Part shown: in pieces, positions 37,101 to 47,129 of the stretch
How positions within the stretch are numbered: the first letter of the stretch is position 1
How the letters are laid out: each line of letters begins with the position of its first letter
Source: Macrostomum lignano
Lineage: Eukaryota
Direction: 5' to 3'
Length of the DNA stretch: 64,000 bases
Assembly (NCBI GenBank): GCA_002269645.1
Contig: NIVC01000600.1
Span: forward strand, 124,001 to 188,000
Position numbers and translations under genes: made by a program
Notes under the pieces: model-generated
What the model was told of the DNA's origin: nothing
The model's database searches: none
What the model saw: only the letters and a program-made list of their open reading frames with translations

Positions 37101-40100
37101 CCCAGCTTGGCGCCAGGCCAAACGAACCGGCTGCGGGCTCCGCCGGTTCGGCTTTGAACGAAGCCTCGGCGCTGGTTATGCCGTCGTCGAATCTGGCAGA
37201 TGCGGATGCTCAGCTCGATGCTGAGATCGACGCCGACCTTGCCCAGCTGGAGGCGTCGCTGTCTTTGTCTCCAACGTCGGCTTCTGACGGTGTAGCACCG
37301 TCGGTAGTGGCTTCGACGATCGGACGAAGCGGCGCGGCCAGCGCGCCAATAGAAGCCGTGCCCGAGCTGGCCAGCTGGTTGAAGGTCTCCTCAGGCGGCA
37401 GCGGAGGCGGCGTGTTCGCCACGCTGACGCTGCGTGGCGGCGCCGATTCAGGCAAGCGGCGCTATTTGATTTTGCGCGAACTCCAGTTGCTGGTCTGCTC
37501 GGACGATACCGAGGCTGGCCGAACTGAGCCCGTGGCCGAGCTGTCTCTGGCCGGCGCCGAGGTCATGCCGGACACTGCTGGCGGCCGCCTTTCGATTCGC
37601 TTGCTGCCGTCGTCTGGCTCTTCAACTGGCTGGTGGCGGCTGAAATTCGGCGGCGATAACGCCAGGCGGCAGTTCGCCGAATGGTCGGCCGGTCTGAGCC
37701 TGGCCGCGCGAGGCCGAACCCTGGCCAGCCAGGACCTGTTCACCGCCGAGGTGCGAGACATCCTGGCCCGTCTGGAGCTCCAATGTCCAACTATCGCCGC
37801 AGTGTCCGAAGCGGCTGAGCTATCCGCGGAGGAAGTCGTCGAAAACCTGGATCCGACCGACTACTTGCCGCCGGCCGTGTTGAAAAGCGGCGGCAAGCCT
37901 CGGGCTTTGGCCAGGCAGATTCTGGAGCGCCGAGCCCGCGTCCTTGATCGCAGCCGCCTTGACGCTAAGCTGGATTACATCCGGGCCTGGCAGCGTCTGC
38001 CAATGTCGGGCGTGACTTATTTTTGCGTCTATTATAGCGAGCAGCAGCCCGGAGCTCCCGTCAGCTTCGACGATTTCCGTCGCGAGCGCCGACAGCAGAA
38101 GAAGCAGAACCGGCGTCCAGACCTGTTCGGCGTGGCTTTCAATCGGATTATGCGGCTGAACCCGCTGACTGGCGACGCGCTGGCCACCTGGCGCTATCAC
38201 GAGCTGGACTCCTGGACAGTGAACTGGGAGATGATGAGCTTGAGTGCCAGCTTGAACCGGCCGCCGCACTACATGTGCCTGACCCCGTGTCCCAGCAACC
38301 CGGCTCTGAAGCTGAACGTGTGCAAAACCCTAGCCGAATACATTGGCGGCTACGTGTTTCTCAGTCTGAGAAAGCCGGAGAAAAGTCAGCTGCTCGACGA
38401 GCGAATGTTTCAGAAGCTCACCTGCGGCAGGGACGCGGTTTCCGCTTGAAGCACGGGCCAGATGGCAGATGGTTTTGTTGTGCTAGATCGATTATTCGAT
38501 ATCTTCTAGAAGCAGGTCCAGCAATATCGGACTAACTGATCAATGCGTTACAGTCCAGAGATTTTTAATGCAGTTCTGTTTATGGGCTTTGCCTTTGCTT
38601 ATGGCTTGGCTTTTTATGTTGTTTTTTTCAGTTCGAATTGGCGCCTTTTTAAATCAAATACTATATTAGTACATGCATTATTATGGTTCTGCTAATCTCC
38701 ACTTGATATTTGTGCTGTTTTATAGAATCGCGCAAAACTAATTTGGTTTATTATTTTATTAATTTAGACATTCGAAACTATTGTGCAGTCTCGGCATTAG
38801 GAATACGCGCTTAAGTGGAGAAATCGTTGCATATTGTTTTTATTCATTTTTTAATTTTTGGTATTATATAGTATGCATATGGTCAATGGGTATTATTATG
38901 CTGTACATACATTTGCATTAAACGTACCCTCTGCTCTGCTATCGTCCTGATCGAATCTTTTTTTGCTTAACAAACGTTTTGCTTTTGTATTACCAGTGGA
39001 TAACATTATAATATATACATTGATAGTAAAATTTAAAAAATTAGTAATTTCGTGCACGCTTAGCCACTTTTGTGTTTCTTTCATTTAACGTACTTAATAA
39101 AAATACCTGCTGTTAGTTTTCACGACCAGGTGCTCAAGTCAGAGATTATTCTCTGACTTAAGTCTTATTGACAGTCTAAAGGACTAGCGGGATCTCAGGA
39201 CGTCTCAGGACCAGCAGGATCTTATCTCACTCAGGTCTAAGGACCAGCAGGATCTTATCTCACTCAGGTCTAAGGACCAGCAGGATCTTATCTCACTCAG
39301 GTCTAAGAACCAGCAGGATCTTATCTCACTCAGGTCTAAGGACAGGGGGATCTCACTCAGGTCTAAGGACAGGATCGAGGATCTCACCCAGGTCTAAGGA
39401 CAGCGGGATCTCACCCAGGTCTAAGGACAGGGGGATCTCACTCAGGTCTAAGGACAGGAGGATCTCACCCAGGTCTAAGGACAGGGGGATCTCACCCAGG
39501 TCTAAGGACAGGGGGATCTCACTCAGGTCTAAGGACAGGAGGATCTCACCCAGGTCTAAGGACAGCGGGATCTCACCCAGGTCTAAGGACAGCGGGATCT
39601 CACCCAGGTCTAAGAACCAGCAGGATCTCACTCAGGTCTAAGGACAGGGGGATCTCACCCAGGTCTAAGAACCAGCAGGATCTCACTCAGGTCTAAGGAC
39701 AGGGGGATCTCACCCAGGTCTAAGAACCAGCAGGATCTCACTCAGGTCTAAGGACAGGGGGATCTCACCCAGGTCTAAGAACCAGCAGTATCTCAGTCAG
39801 GTCTAAGGACAGGGGGATCTCACCCAGGTCTAAGAACCAGCATGATCTCACTCAGGTCTAAGGACAGGGGGATCTCACCCAGGTCTAAGAACCAGCAGGA
39901 TCTCACTCAGGTCTAAGGACAGGGGGATCTCACCCAGGTCTAAGAACCAGCAGGATCTCACTCAGGTCTAAGGACAGCGGAATCTCACCCAGGTCTAAGA
40001 ACCAGCATGATCTCACTCAGGTCTAAGGACAGGGGGATCTCACCCAGGTCTAAGAACCAGCAGGATCTCACTCAGGTCTAAGGACAGCGGAATCTCACCC

Positions 40101-43100
40101 AGGTCTAAGAACCAGCATGATCTCACTCAGGTCTAAGGACAGCGGGATCTCACCCAGGTCTAAGGACAGCGGGATCTCACTCAGGTCTAAGGACAGGGGC
40201 ATCTCACCCAGGTCTAAGAACCAGCAGGATCTCACTCAGGTCTAAGGACAGGGGGATCTCACCCAGGTCTAAGAACCAGCAGGATCTCACTCAGGTCTAA
40301 GGACAGCGGAATCTCACCCAGGTCTAAGAACCAGTAGGATCTCACTCAGGTCTAAGGACAGGGGGATCTCACCCAGGTCTAAGAACCAGCAGGATCTCAC
40401 TCAGGTCTAAGGACAGCGGAATCTCACCCAGGTCTAAGAACCAGTAGGATCTCACTGGAGGTTGCAGAAAATCATTGATCGAAGTTCATCAATCGCATCT
40501 ATTTGCTACTCCAGGATAATTTCGTAGTGCACAGAAGCAAGGTTGCCTGTGCAGATACTTGTACTGCTTCTGCGCAAGTGTCCCATTTTTGCGACAGCCG
40601 CTTCGCTTGGCCTCGTCTAAAGAGATTTTCAACTGCAACTGTAATCCAAGAGCTTTTCCGCAGCAAAGTAGCAAATTGGGGGCTGAAATATTTCTATACG
40701 GCGCTGGGCGTTGACTTTCGTTCAATACTCGTATAATAATAATAATAATAAAAGTAGGTCCCCAGAAAGGCCTCAGTAGAAATAGCTGGCACTTGTTTAC
40801 CCTGCGTCCAATTCTGTGGATACTGTGGGCAGGCAGGCAGGCAGCGAAAAGGACCAGGCTAAACGCGAAAGTTTTAGCTCGTATCGGGCAAGAGCCATCT
40901 CTCTTTCGGCTTTCCTTCTAGATGCAAGGAGAGAGGGAGATAGAGACGGGTGCATGCGGGGTTATCCCCCGAATCTTTGCAACTTTCTGCAGCGTGCGCA
41001 CTTTCATCGGCGTCTCTATTCTATCCCATGTCTAAATCCCTAAACACTCTGCCGAGGTCCTGCGGCTCCTGCCCGGCTTTGGCCTTAATTTGCCAAGCAT
41101 AAAGAATAGAAAAATTAATGATGGAATTTGTGTGTTTCCTATTATTATTGCATTCTAATGGCTCCAGACCAGCTCAGTTCTGGAGTGTCTAGCCAGCCCA
41201 GATCTAAAGTGTCTATCCAGCCCAGATCTAGAGTGTCTAACCAGCCCAGATCTAAAGTGTCTATCCAGCCCAGATCTGGAGTGTCTAACCAGCCCAGTTC
41301 TCTCTTTCATCGGCCTGTTGATGAGTTAAAGAAATCTAGGCTGGGAAACTATAGTTGCACTTTTAAGTGCTCCCCCTTCCCACAGTTGAGCCTGCAGAAC
41401 CGATCATTGCGGCTAATGCCCTCTGCGCATTTCTCGACTCCCAAACTGGTTTTGCCGGGACTTTCCGATCGAATTCGCTTCCTCTTGCTAATCTCGACTG
41501 CCTCCGTTCGGCTGCTGAGCAATTATATCCCAGCTCCGATTGGTAGCTTCGATGCCGGCTGCCTCCGTTCCCTCACGCTGTGTCGCCATGGCTTTTAAAA
41601 ATGCCAGAGTCCATCCTATCCGCAGGCATCCGAGCGATGGCCACTTGCACTTTAAACAAATGGGGTAGAATTTCAGATCCAACATACTGTACATTGCAAA
41701 ACTGACAACATGATTAATGAGCATATCGGCAATTGCTAGACAACTGTTTGTAGATGTCAGCATTTGCCTACAAACTGTGTCTAGCAAGTTTTCCTGTGGC
41801 TGAAAACATCTAACCAAAATGGGAACAACAGTTGAACCCCGCTCCGCCATCTATCCAAGTCTCAGCTTCCCAACCGTGCTTCCACTGTGTGTGTGTGTGG
41901 GGGGGGGCAAATTGACGCAGAACAATTGATGAAGATCGCATTTATTAGTCCTAGTTATTTGCCAATTTTATAGGCTCTATATTTTTCGGAGTTCTTGTAT
42001 CAACTGCATAAAATGCAGTTATTTTTTAAACAACGAATGAGACAAATATCAGGCTTAAAACGCGATGACACTACTGAATTGTAAGTAGCATAATTAGCGC
42101 CAATCTCGGTGAACACGCGCAACAATTCAGGGCGAATCGGCCGGGCTTGGCAAAGACGAGGACGCCGGGCCTCGCGAGGAATTCCTCCGCGCTCTGGCCA
42201 GCAGCATCGAGATCTTCGTCAACCGGATGAAGGCCGACAGCGTACGCGGCCGCAGCGTTGCAGCCGACGGCACCGTCCAGACGCTGTTTATGACCCTCAA
42301 CCAGATGCACCCGCAGCTCATCGAGCACATGAACCGGGTCGAGGCCCGGCGCAACATTCTGGAGGAGCAGCAGGACAAACTGGCCAGACTGAGGGACGCT
42401 CGAGAGGCGTTGAACGCCCTGCGAGATGAGCACGAGCAGAGGCGCAAGGCTGAGCAGCAGGAGCGGGAGAAGCAGCGATTCGCTCAGATGATGATCAAAC
42501 TGGAGGAGATGCGCCAGAAGAAGCATGTAAGGCCAGCCCATGTTTTTTGTGTGCAACTTTGAATTGACATTTGACTGCCAGTGACATTTGACTGCCAGTT
42601 ACATTTGAATTGTCAGTGACATTTGACTGCCAGTGCCATCTGACTGTCAATGACAATTGTCACCGCCATTAATGGCAATCATACGTGCCGATATGTATCG
42701 AAAAAAACGTGTTTCTCGTTCCGCCTGACAGGAGTTCATGGAGTACCAGCGCCAGCTGCAAATCCAACAGATGGAAGCCCAGCGCCGGGAATTCGAAATG
42801 CGAATGGAGGCGCAGAAGCAGCGCCAGGCAATGGAGCAGTACAAGCAGCAGTTCCCCTATTCGAGCGGCGCCTACCAGCAGCAGTTCGTCCCCCAGCCTG
42901 GGCAGCCCGGGCCTCAGCCGCCAGCTTCAAGCGGTGGCTACGCCATCCAGTACCCGCCGGGCTATCCAGTCCAGCAGCAGCAGCAGCCGCCGCCGCAGTC
43001 AGTCGCTAGTAGCGCCGGTTATTCGCTGCCGCACTCTGCTGCTTCGACTGATCCGTCTGCCCAGTACATGTACCACATGCAGCAGCAGCCACCCAGCTCT

Positions 43101-43352
43101 GATGCGCAATATTCCACTGCTCCGATGTCGCTGCCGCCTCAGCATCATCCCCAGCAGCAGCAGCAATATTCTCAGCACCAGCCTCAGCAGCAGCAGCCTT
43201 CGTACACCTATGCTCAGCAGTATCAGCAGCCGCAGCAACAGCCGCAGCAGCAGCCGCAGCAATACCAGCAGCCTCAAGTGACATCGTCGGATCCTCAGCA
43301 GCAGCAGCAGCAGCAGCAACAATCTGACGAAGCTCAATTGATCCAGTTTTGA
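16142..43352 (+). CDS. HGS: HGS/Hrs (ESCRT-0), 11 coding exons: 16142-16190, 22100-22184, 22285-22360, 22454-22546, 22667-22784, 24296-24542, 26329-26383, 27511-27612, 27892-28200, 42131-42526, 42732-43352; 716 aa
   Basis: VHS domain (KATSNLNLETDWAAILNICDLIRQ...VKNCG), FYVE (RKHHCRSCG...VRVCKACY), UIM (EELELALALSASEAE), DPELVVYLDRNYWE, GAT/coiled coil (FVNRMK...MHPQL...QDKLARLRDAR), Q/P-rich tail and terminal LIQF. All ten introns are GT-AG and phase-consistent; the exon 9-10 junction gives QTN|GES, matching the conserved NGES. Confidence 0.95.
17300..17790 (+). repeat. Dispersed AT-rich repeat, copy B (in HGS intron 1)
   Basis: Collinear homology with 13110-13590. Confidence 0.8.
19240..20685. 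repeat. About 1.4-kb cryptic polypyrimidine (CT-rich) low-complexity tract in HGS intron 1
   Basis: Almost purine-free on the + strand; source of the Leu/Ser ORFs 19246-20776. Confidence 0.95.
21400..21925. mobile_element. Putative non-autonomous Helitron/Helentron-like (HINE/DINE-type) element
   Basis: The AAAGTTTGGTGTAATTTGGTTGAGCAGTTTGGGAG segment followed by a (CA)n microsatellite and GATTTTTATAGGTAGAGAT resembles the architecture of such elements. Termini not defined. Confidence 0.35.
23035..24078. repeat. 44-bp minisatellite (TCGTATCAGCGAGTCTCTTGTCAGCGCCCGCCATCCAACACTAC)n in HGS intron 5, about 23 copies
   Basis: Highly homogeneous direct copies varying mainly at the CCA(A/G)(C/T)AC position. 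Confidence 0.97.
24630..25720. repeat. 30-bp minisatellite (TTCCCCTTGAGTCTTTGGCCATCTAATCAG)n in HGS intron 6
   Basis: Direct copies; variant blocks change along the array. Confidence 0.95.
26434..26670 (+). mobile_element. tRNA-derived SINE-like element in HGS intron 7
   Basis: A-box-like TAGCCTACTGG, B-box GGTTCGATTCC, body GTAAAATGGGTGCCAGC and an (ATT)n tail at 26641-26670. Confidence 0.6.
29205..32765. repeat. About 52-bp hairpin satellite (CCCCACGCCCCTGGCATTAGTTAGTCTAGTGGTATAGTGGGGGGCTGGCCG)n, about 68 copies, in HGS intron 9
   Basis: Period 51-53; each unit has a GGGGGC-TGGCC-GCCCCC stem-loop and a CTAG. Confidence 0.97.
32766..33095. repeat. About 82-bp repeat, 3-4 copies, sharing the GGGGGCTGCCGCCCCC hairpin with the adjacent satellite
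   Basis: Repeated CGTAACGTGGGGGCTGCCGCCCCCACACCCCCGCTCCCCCACCC and GTTGTTGTTGGGGAGGGTGG blocks. Confidence 0.9.
33096..35165. mobile_element. Putative non-autonomous DNA element body (Helitron/Helentron-like) adjoining the hairpin satellite
   Basis: Non-coding and contiguous with the hairpin repeats; has a reverse B-box-like GGGATTCGAACC near 33380, a 24-bp palindrome at 34910-34933 and CTCGCTTCGCTCGC near 35136. No transposase or Rep ORF. Confidence 0.3.
36131..38449 (+). CDS. FERMT: Kindlin / fermitin family protein, single coding exon, 772 aa, nested in HGS intron 9
   Basis: F0: [10 protein letters not shown]...[26 protein letters not shown]...WLLKT..[15 protein letters not shown]. F1: [12 protein letters not shown]. 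F2: [12 protein letters not shown]...LRFKF...[23 protein letters not shown]...[13 protein letters not shown], split by a PH domain. F3: TWRY...WTVNWE...[16 protein letters not shown] at 39096-39101. Confidence 0.96.
   Translation: [772 protein letters not shown]
39185..40460. repeat. 27-29-bp minisatellite (GGATCTCAC[TC]CAGGTCTAAG[G/A]AC...)n, becoming an alternating ~55-bp dimer from about 39600
   Basis: GGACAGGGG-type and GAACCAGCA-type units alternate; period 55 measured (39601, 39656). Confidence 0.95.
41165..41300. repeat. 24-bp minisatellite (CCAGCCCAGATCTARAGTGTCTAW)n, about 5 copies
   Basis: Direct reading. Confidence 0.85.
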
Positions 43353-44139
43353 AGAACCGATTGCAAAGACAGAAACAATGATGCATAAACTTGTCTTATT
43401 ATTTATTGTTATACAGAATACCGAAAAAGTTTCGCAGTGTCATAACAGAATTTTTAACTCCAGATACCCCCCTGTTCCTCTCTTTAGCCACTCTCCTATA
43501 ATCTTCAGAAGCAAAAATTTTGATTTTTTCAAGTCGATACTCAGTAATACATTTCACTTCACTGAGGAGAATTGTTCTGTAATTTAAATTCGCGCTCTTT
43601 AACCATAATACTACTTCTATTAGTAGTTTAACCAGCTTTGCTTATCCAGTCTTACGCTTGCTACTCCTTTTTTAATAATCTCTTCATATAACCTTGTCTG
43701 ATGTACAAGGAGAAGCTTAAAAAATGTTGTGAAAGGTTTTTAATGAAAATAGCATAACAAAATCTTTGTCTGTAGTAGGCCAGCTTTGCACAACAATATT
43801 AATATCTGGTCTTTTGATCCTAGGCAATCCTATGGAAAATAAGCAAATGCTTTTTGCTTTTCTTGCGTCATTTATATGCCATATGTAACCTAATTAATTA
43901 TTATAGTAGCGTGACTCAATTCAGATGGAGAGATGCATAATTAATTAACATTTATAATTAAGAAGACAAATATAATACAGCGGAATGCACTGCCCAGTAA
44001 TATACTTTTTGCGTCGCTTTGATTCTGTTACAATCTAGATGTACCTATCGATCGTCATACATTTGTATTTGTGACTTCTGCTCTTCTGAAGATTTTTTAC
44101 AGTTGTCCAGAACATCTGGCATAAAACAGAAGCCAATGT

Positions 44140-44700
44140 GGCGTCAACCAATCAGCATTTACTTAGATTTGGGGTCTGTTCCAATGTGCACTGAATTCAA
44201 CCAATAAGCATCAACTTAGATTTGGGGTCTTTTCCAATGTGCACTGAATTCAACCAATAAGCATCAACTTAGATTTGGGGTCTTTTCCAATGTGCACTGA
44301 ATTCAACCAATAAGCATCAACTTAGATTTGGGGTCTTTTCCAATGTGCACTGAATTCAACCAATAAGCATCAACTTAGATTTGGGGTCTTTTCCAATGTG
44401 CACTGAATTCAACCAATAAGCATCAACTTAGATTTGGGGTCTTTTCCAATGTGCACTGAATTCAACCAATAAGCATCAACTTAGATTTGGGGTCTTTTCC
44501 AATGTGCACTGAATTCAACCAATAAGCATCAACTTAGATTTGGGGTCTGTTCCAATGTGCACTCTGGCGTCAACCAATGAGCATCGACTTTGATTTTGGG
44601 TCTGTTCCAATGTGCAATCTGGCGTCAACCAATCAGCATCGACTTTGATTTTGGGTCTGTTCCAATGTCCACTCTGGCGTCAACCAATCAGCATCAACTT
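44140..44700. repeat. 53-bp minisatellite (CAACCAATAAGCATCAACTTAGATTTGGGGTCTTTTCCAATGTGCACTGAATT)n, about 10-11 copies
   Basis: Direct copies about 0.5 kb upstream of the orphan gene ATG. Confidence 0.95.
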
Positions 44701-45184
44701 TTGTGGGGACGGATAGTCGCACATCAGATACTATCTAAATGTACACTACAGCGGTAATATTATATTGCATAAGTGTAGTGGGGAAAGGTATATAGCACAC
44801 TAAATTTCTTTTGGATTGTACATATTAATACTTTTCTCTTTTAAAAATTTTTTCTTTATCGAGCATCGAAAATAATCGAACGCACTTTTGTCAACACATC
44901 GTTATGCATGCTCGAGCAAATACATATCGATCTATATTTGGAACGCAGCTACTCGTATAGAGCGATACAACCTCTGGCTGCTTCTCCCCAGCCAAGCAGT
45001 TGTGTTTGTCTATGGGCCGAACTATCGACTGTACCTGCGATTGGAGCCGCTTCGGCTCGGCTTATGCCAAGCTAAGTTAGACTGGACTTTCGTGCACTGG
45101 GAAGGTGAGTTTGTTGCAAAGCAGCGAGAATCACATAAAGCAGCGATCGATTGCAAACTGACTAACGAGCCGGCTGCCAAGACC

Positions 45185-46188
45185 ATGTCTGCCAAGGAGC
45201 GCGTGACCTTCTCTATTGACGTCAACCTCAGCAAGGAGCAGATCAAGTTTGTTGACATCAGCGCGGACACCTACCAGTTTTGTCTATCGCCGATTGAAAA
45301 CGAGAACGAGGCCACATGGCAGGGAAACCCGGCGGAGGCTGACTGGATCTCGGTGAAGAAGGACCAGTACTACCTCATTAAGGCTCGGCCAGGCGAGGCC
45401 TACCAATATCAGAAGATAGCTCAGATTGTACTCACGGAGAAGACCTTCCGGTAAGCGGTACTTTATGCTTGCTTTTTGCAACGTTTCCTGCATTGAGTTT
45501 TGGTAATGTCCTGAGGGTGTCCTATTAAACCGTCCCTTATGTGCCCCGCAGTGTCAAAGAGGTGGACACTCCGCCCAATACTCTGTTCATGACGGTCGAG
45601 CAGAACGAGAAGGCGATGCACTCTATCGTGAACAAGATCGACCAGATCGCGCAGCGCTCGACCCACTCCGACAACAAGCAGGTGCTGGTGTTTGCCGAGG
45701 ATCCGTTTTACACCAACCTGCCAGAGGTAAGCTTGGCATTGGCTGTGATTGTTCTCTCTGATTCTGCTCCAGTTCGGAGATTTCTCGCTTGAATCAGTTC
45801 ACTCGCTCCTTATCCGCTTCCGCACCAGACGGAGAAGGAGAAGTGCATCTGGAAGGACTACACATTCGAGATGGACGTCAAGAACTGCTCGATCCGATTC
45901 GTGAAGGAAGAGGAGAGCAAGGCCATCCTCATGGTGTACAAGGGCGAGAACCAGACCAACGAGGCTCCAATAGTGCACATCGACCTCGGCTCCAACAACA
46001 TCCCTCTTAGCGACCTGAAGCTGGAGCGGCACGCCTTCTACACCTTGTTCGTGAAGCGGGACGCCAGCTCGCCTGACACGCCGGTCATCCTGTTTAAGAT
46101 CACTGACAAGACCGCCATCATCCGGGAGCTGCCGGGCACCAAGCCGCCGGTGTTCCTCAGCTACCAGAAGGGCCACGAGCCTCACTAA
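45185..46188 (+). CDS. Uncharacterised 266-aa protein with an internal two-fold domain repeat; 3 exons: 45185-45450, 45552-45726, 45829-46188
   Basis: ACCATG start; GTAAG donors at 45451 and 45727; CAG acceptors ending at 45551 and 45828; phases 2 and 0 consistent; strong C/G third-position bias; TAA at 46186-46188. No family recognised. Confidence 0.85.
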
Positions 46189-47129
46189 GCGGCCGCACTG
46201 ATGCTTTGGCCCGGCAGTAGAAAGTCCGGTCAGAGAATAGAGTGATTGAGAGAACAGCTGAACAAACACATTTTGATTCTTTACCGGGAGCGGAGCGGCT
46301 GCAGTCGCTTCCACTGGCCCTCCCTGCCGCAGAAAAAGCGATAGTTTGACTCTCTGTTTACGCGTAAAGTTAATTTGCTCGAATGTATCTTGCGAATACT
46401 TTTTGCTTTTTAGAAATACTAAAATCAATCATCATCACAATGCTGGACATTCACTTGCAGAACAAAAATCGGCGCTGATTGAGTCTTTGCACTGGTTTCT
46501 TCAATGCCGTTCTCGAGTTTATGATTATTAAAAGTGCTCAAAATGCTCCTATTTGGTTTAGCATTGAGGTGCTATTCCTCGGTACCTGAATAAGGGAACA
46601 AAACGGAACTGTTTAGATCCAAGAGAAGTGAGCAATTGCAAAACTTGCCCGACACTGCACCGGAGTGTGTATTGTATGAGTTTGAGGATATTTCGGGCCA
46701 AGCATTAAACGATTGATCATTTTTTGTCAAAAGAATTAAAAACTAAAAGCTGGTGCAAAGTAAAAAATCATATTCAGCGGTGCGGGTCGAAGCAAGAAAA
46801 TTAATTAATATAAAAACTGCAACGTCAGTTGTTTGAAGCCACATTCAAATTTCTACATGTTTTTTGCCTGCCTTGTATACCGCTCAGAGTTAACTCCATT
46901 GACAACTGAAGTTGGCGAGACAAAACGTCTTCCGTTTTTTAGCACTGAATTCCAGAATGTGGGATATTGGGAAGTCGCTGCTAAAAAAATGAAAGCTTCC
47001 CATCTCGCCAGTGAATTTTACAGCGAAATCCAGCCGGCACATTGAAGATCGGCACGACTTGCCGATGCAGCGGTTGGCTCAAGCAAGGCTTCTATCTTCT
47101 AGTTAGCTTCTAGTCCCTATATTTAGCCC

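Noticed and set aside
38170-38235. Kindlin QW integrin-binding motif reading SW as a novel loss of function
   Set aside because: The Gln position is, as I recall, variable in invertebrate kindlins and the Trp is retained.
44888-45184. N-terminal extension of the orphan gene suggested by the ORF track
   Set aside because: Starts at a non-ATG codon, lacks the codon bias, and contains a GTGAGT donor (45105) with downstream acceptors that are out of frame; best read as 5' UTR plus intron.
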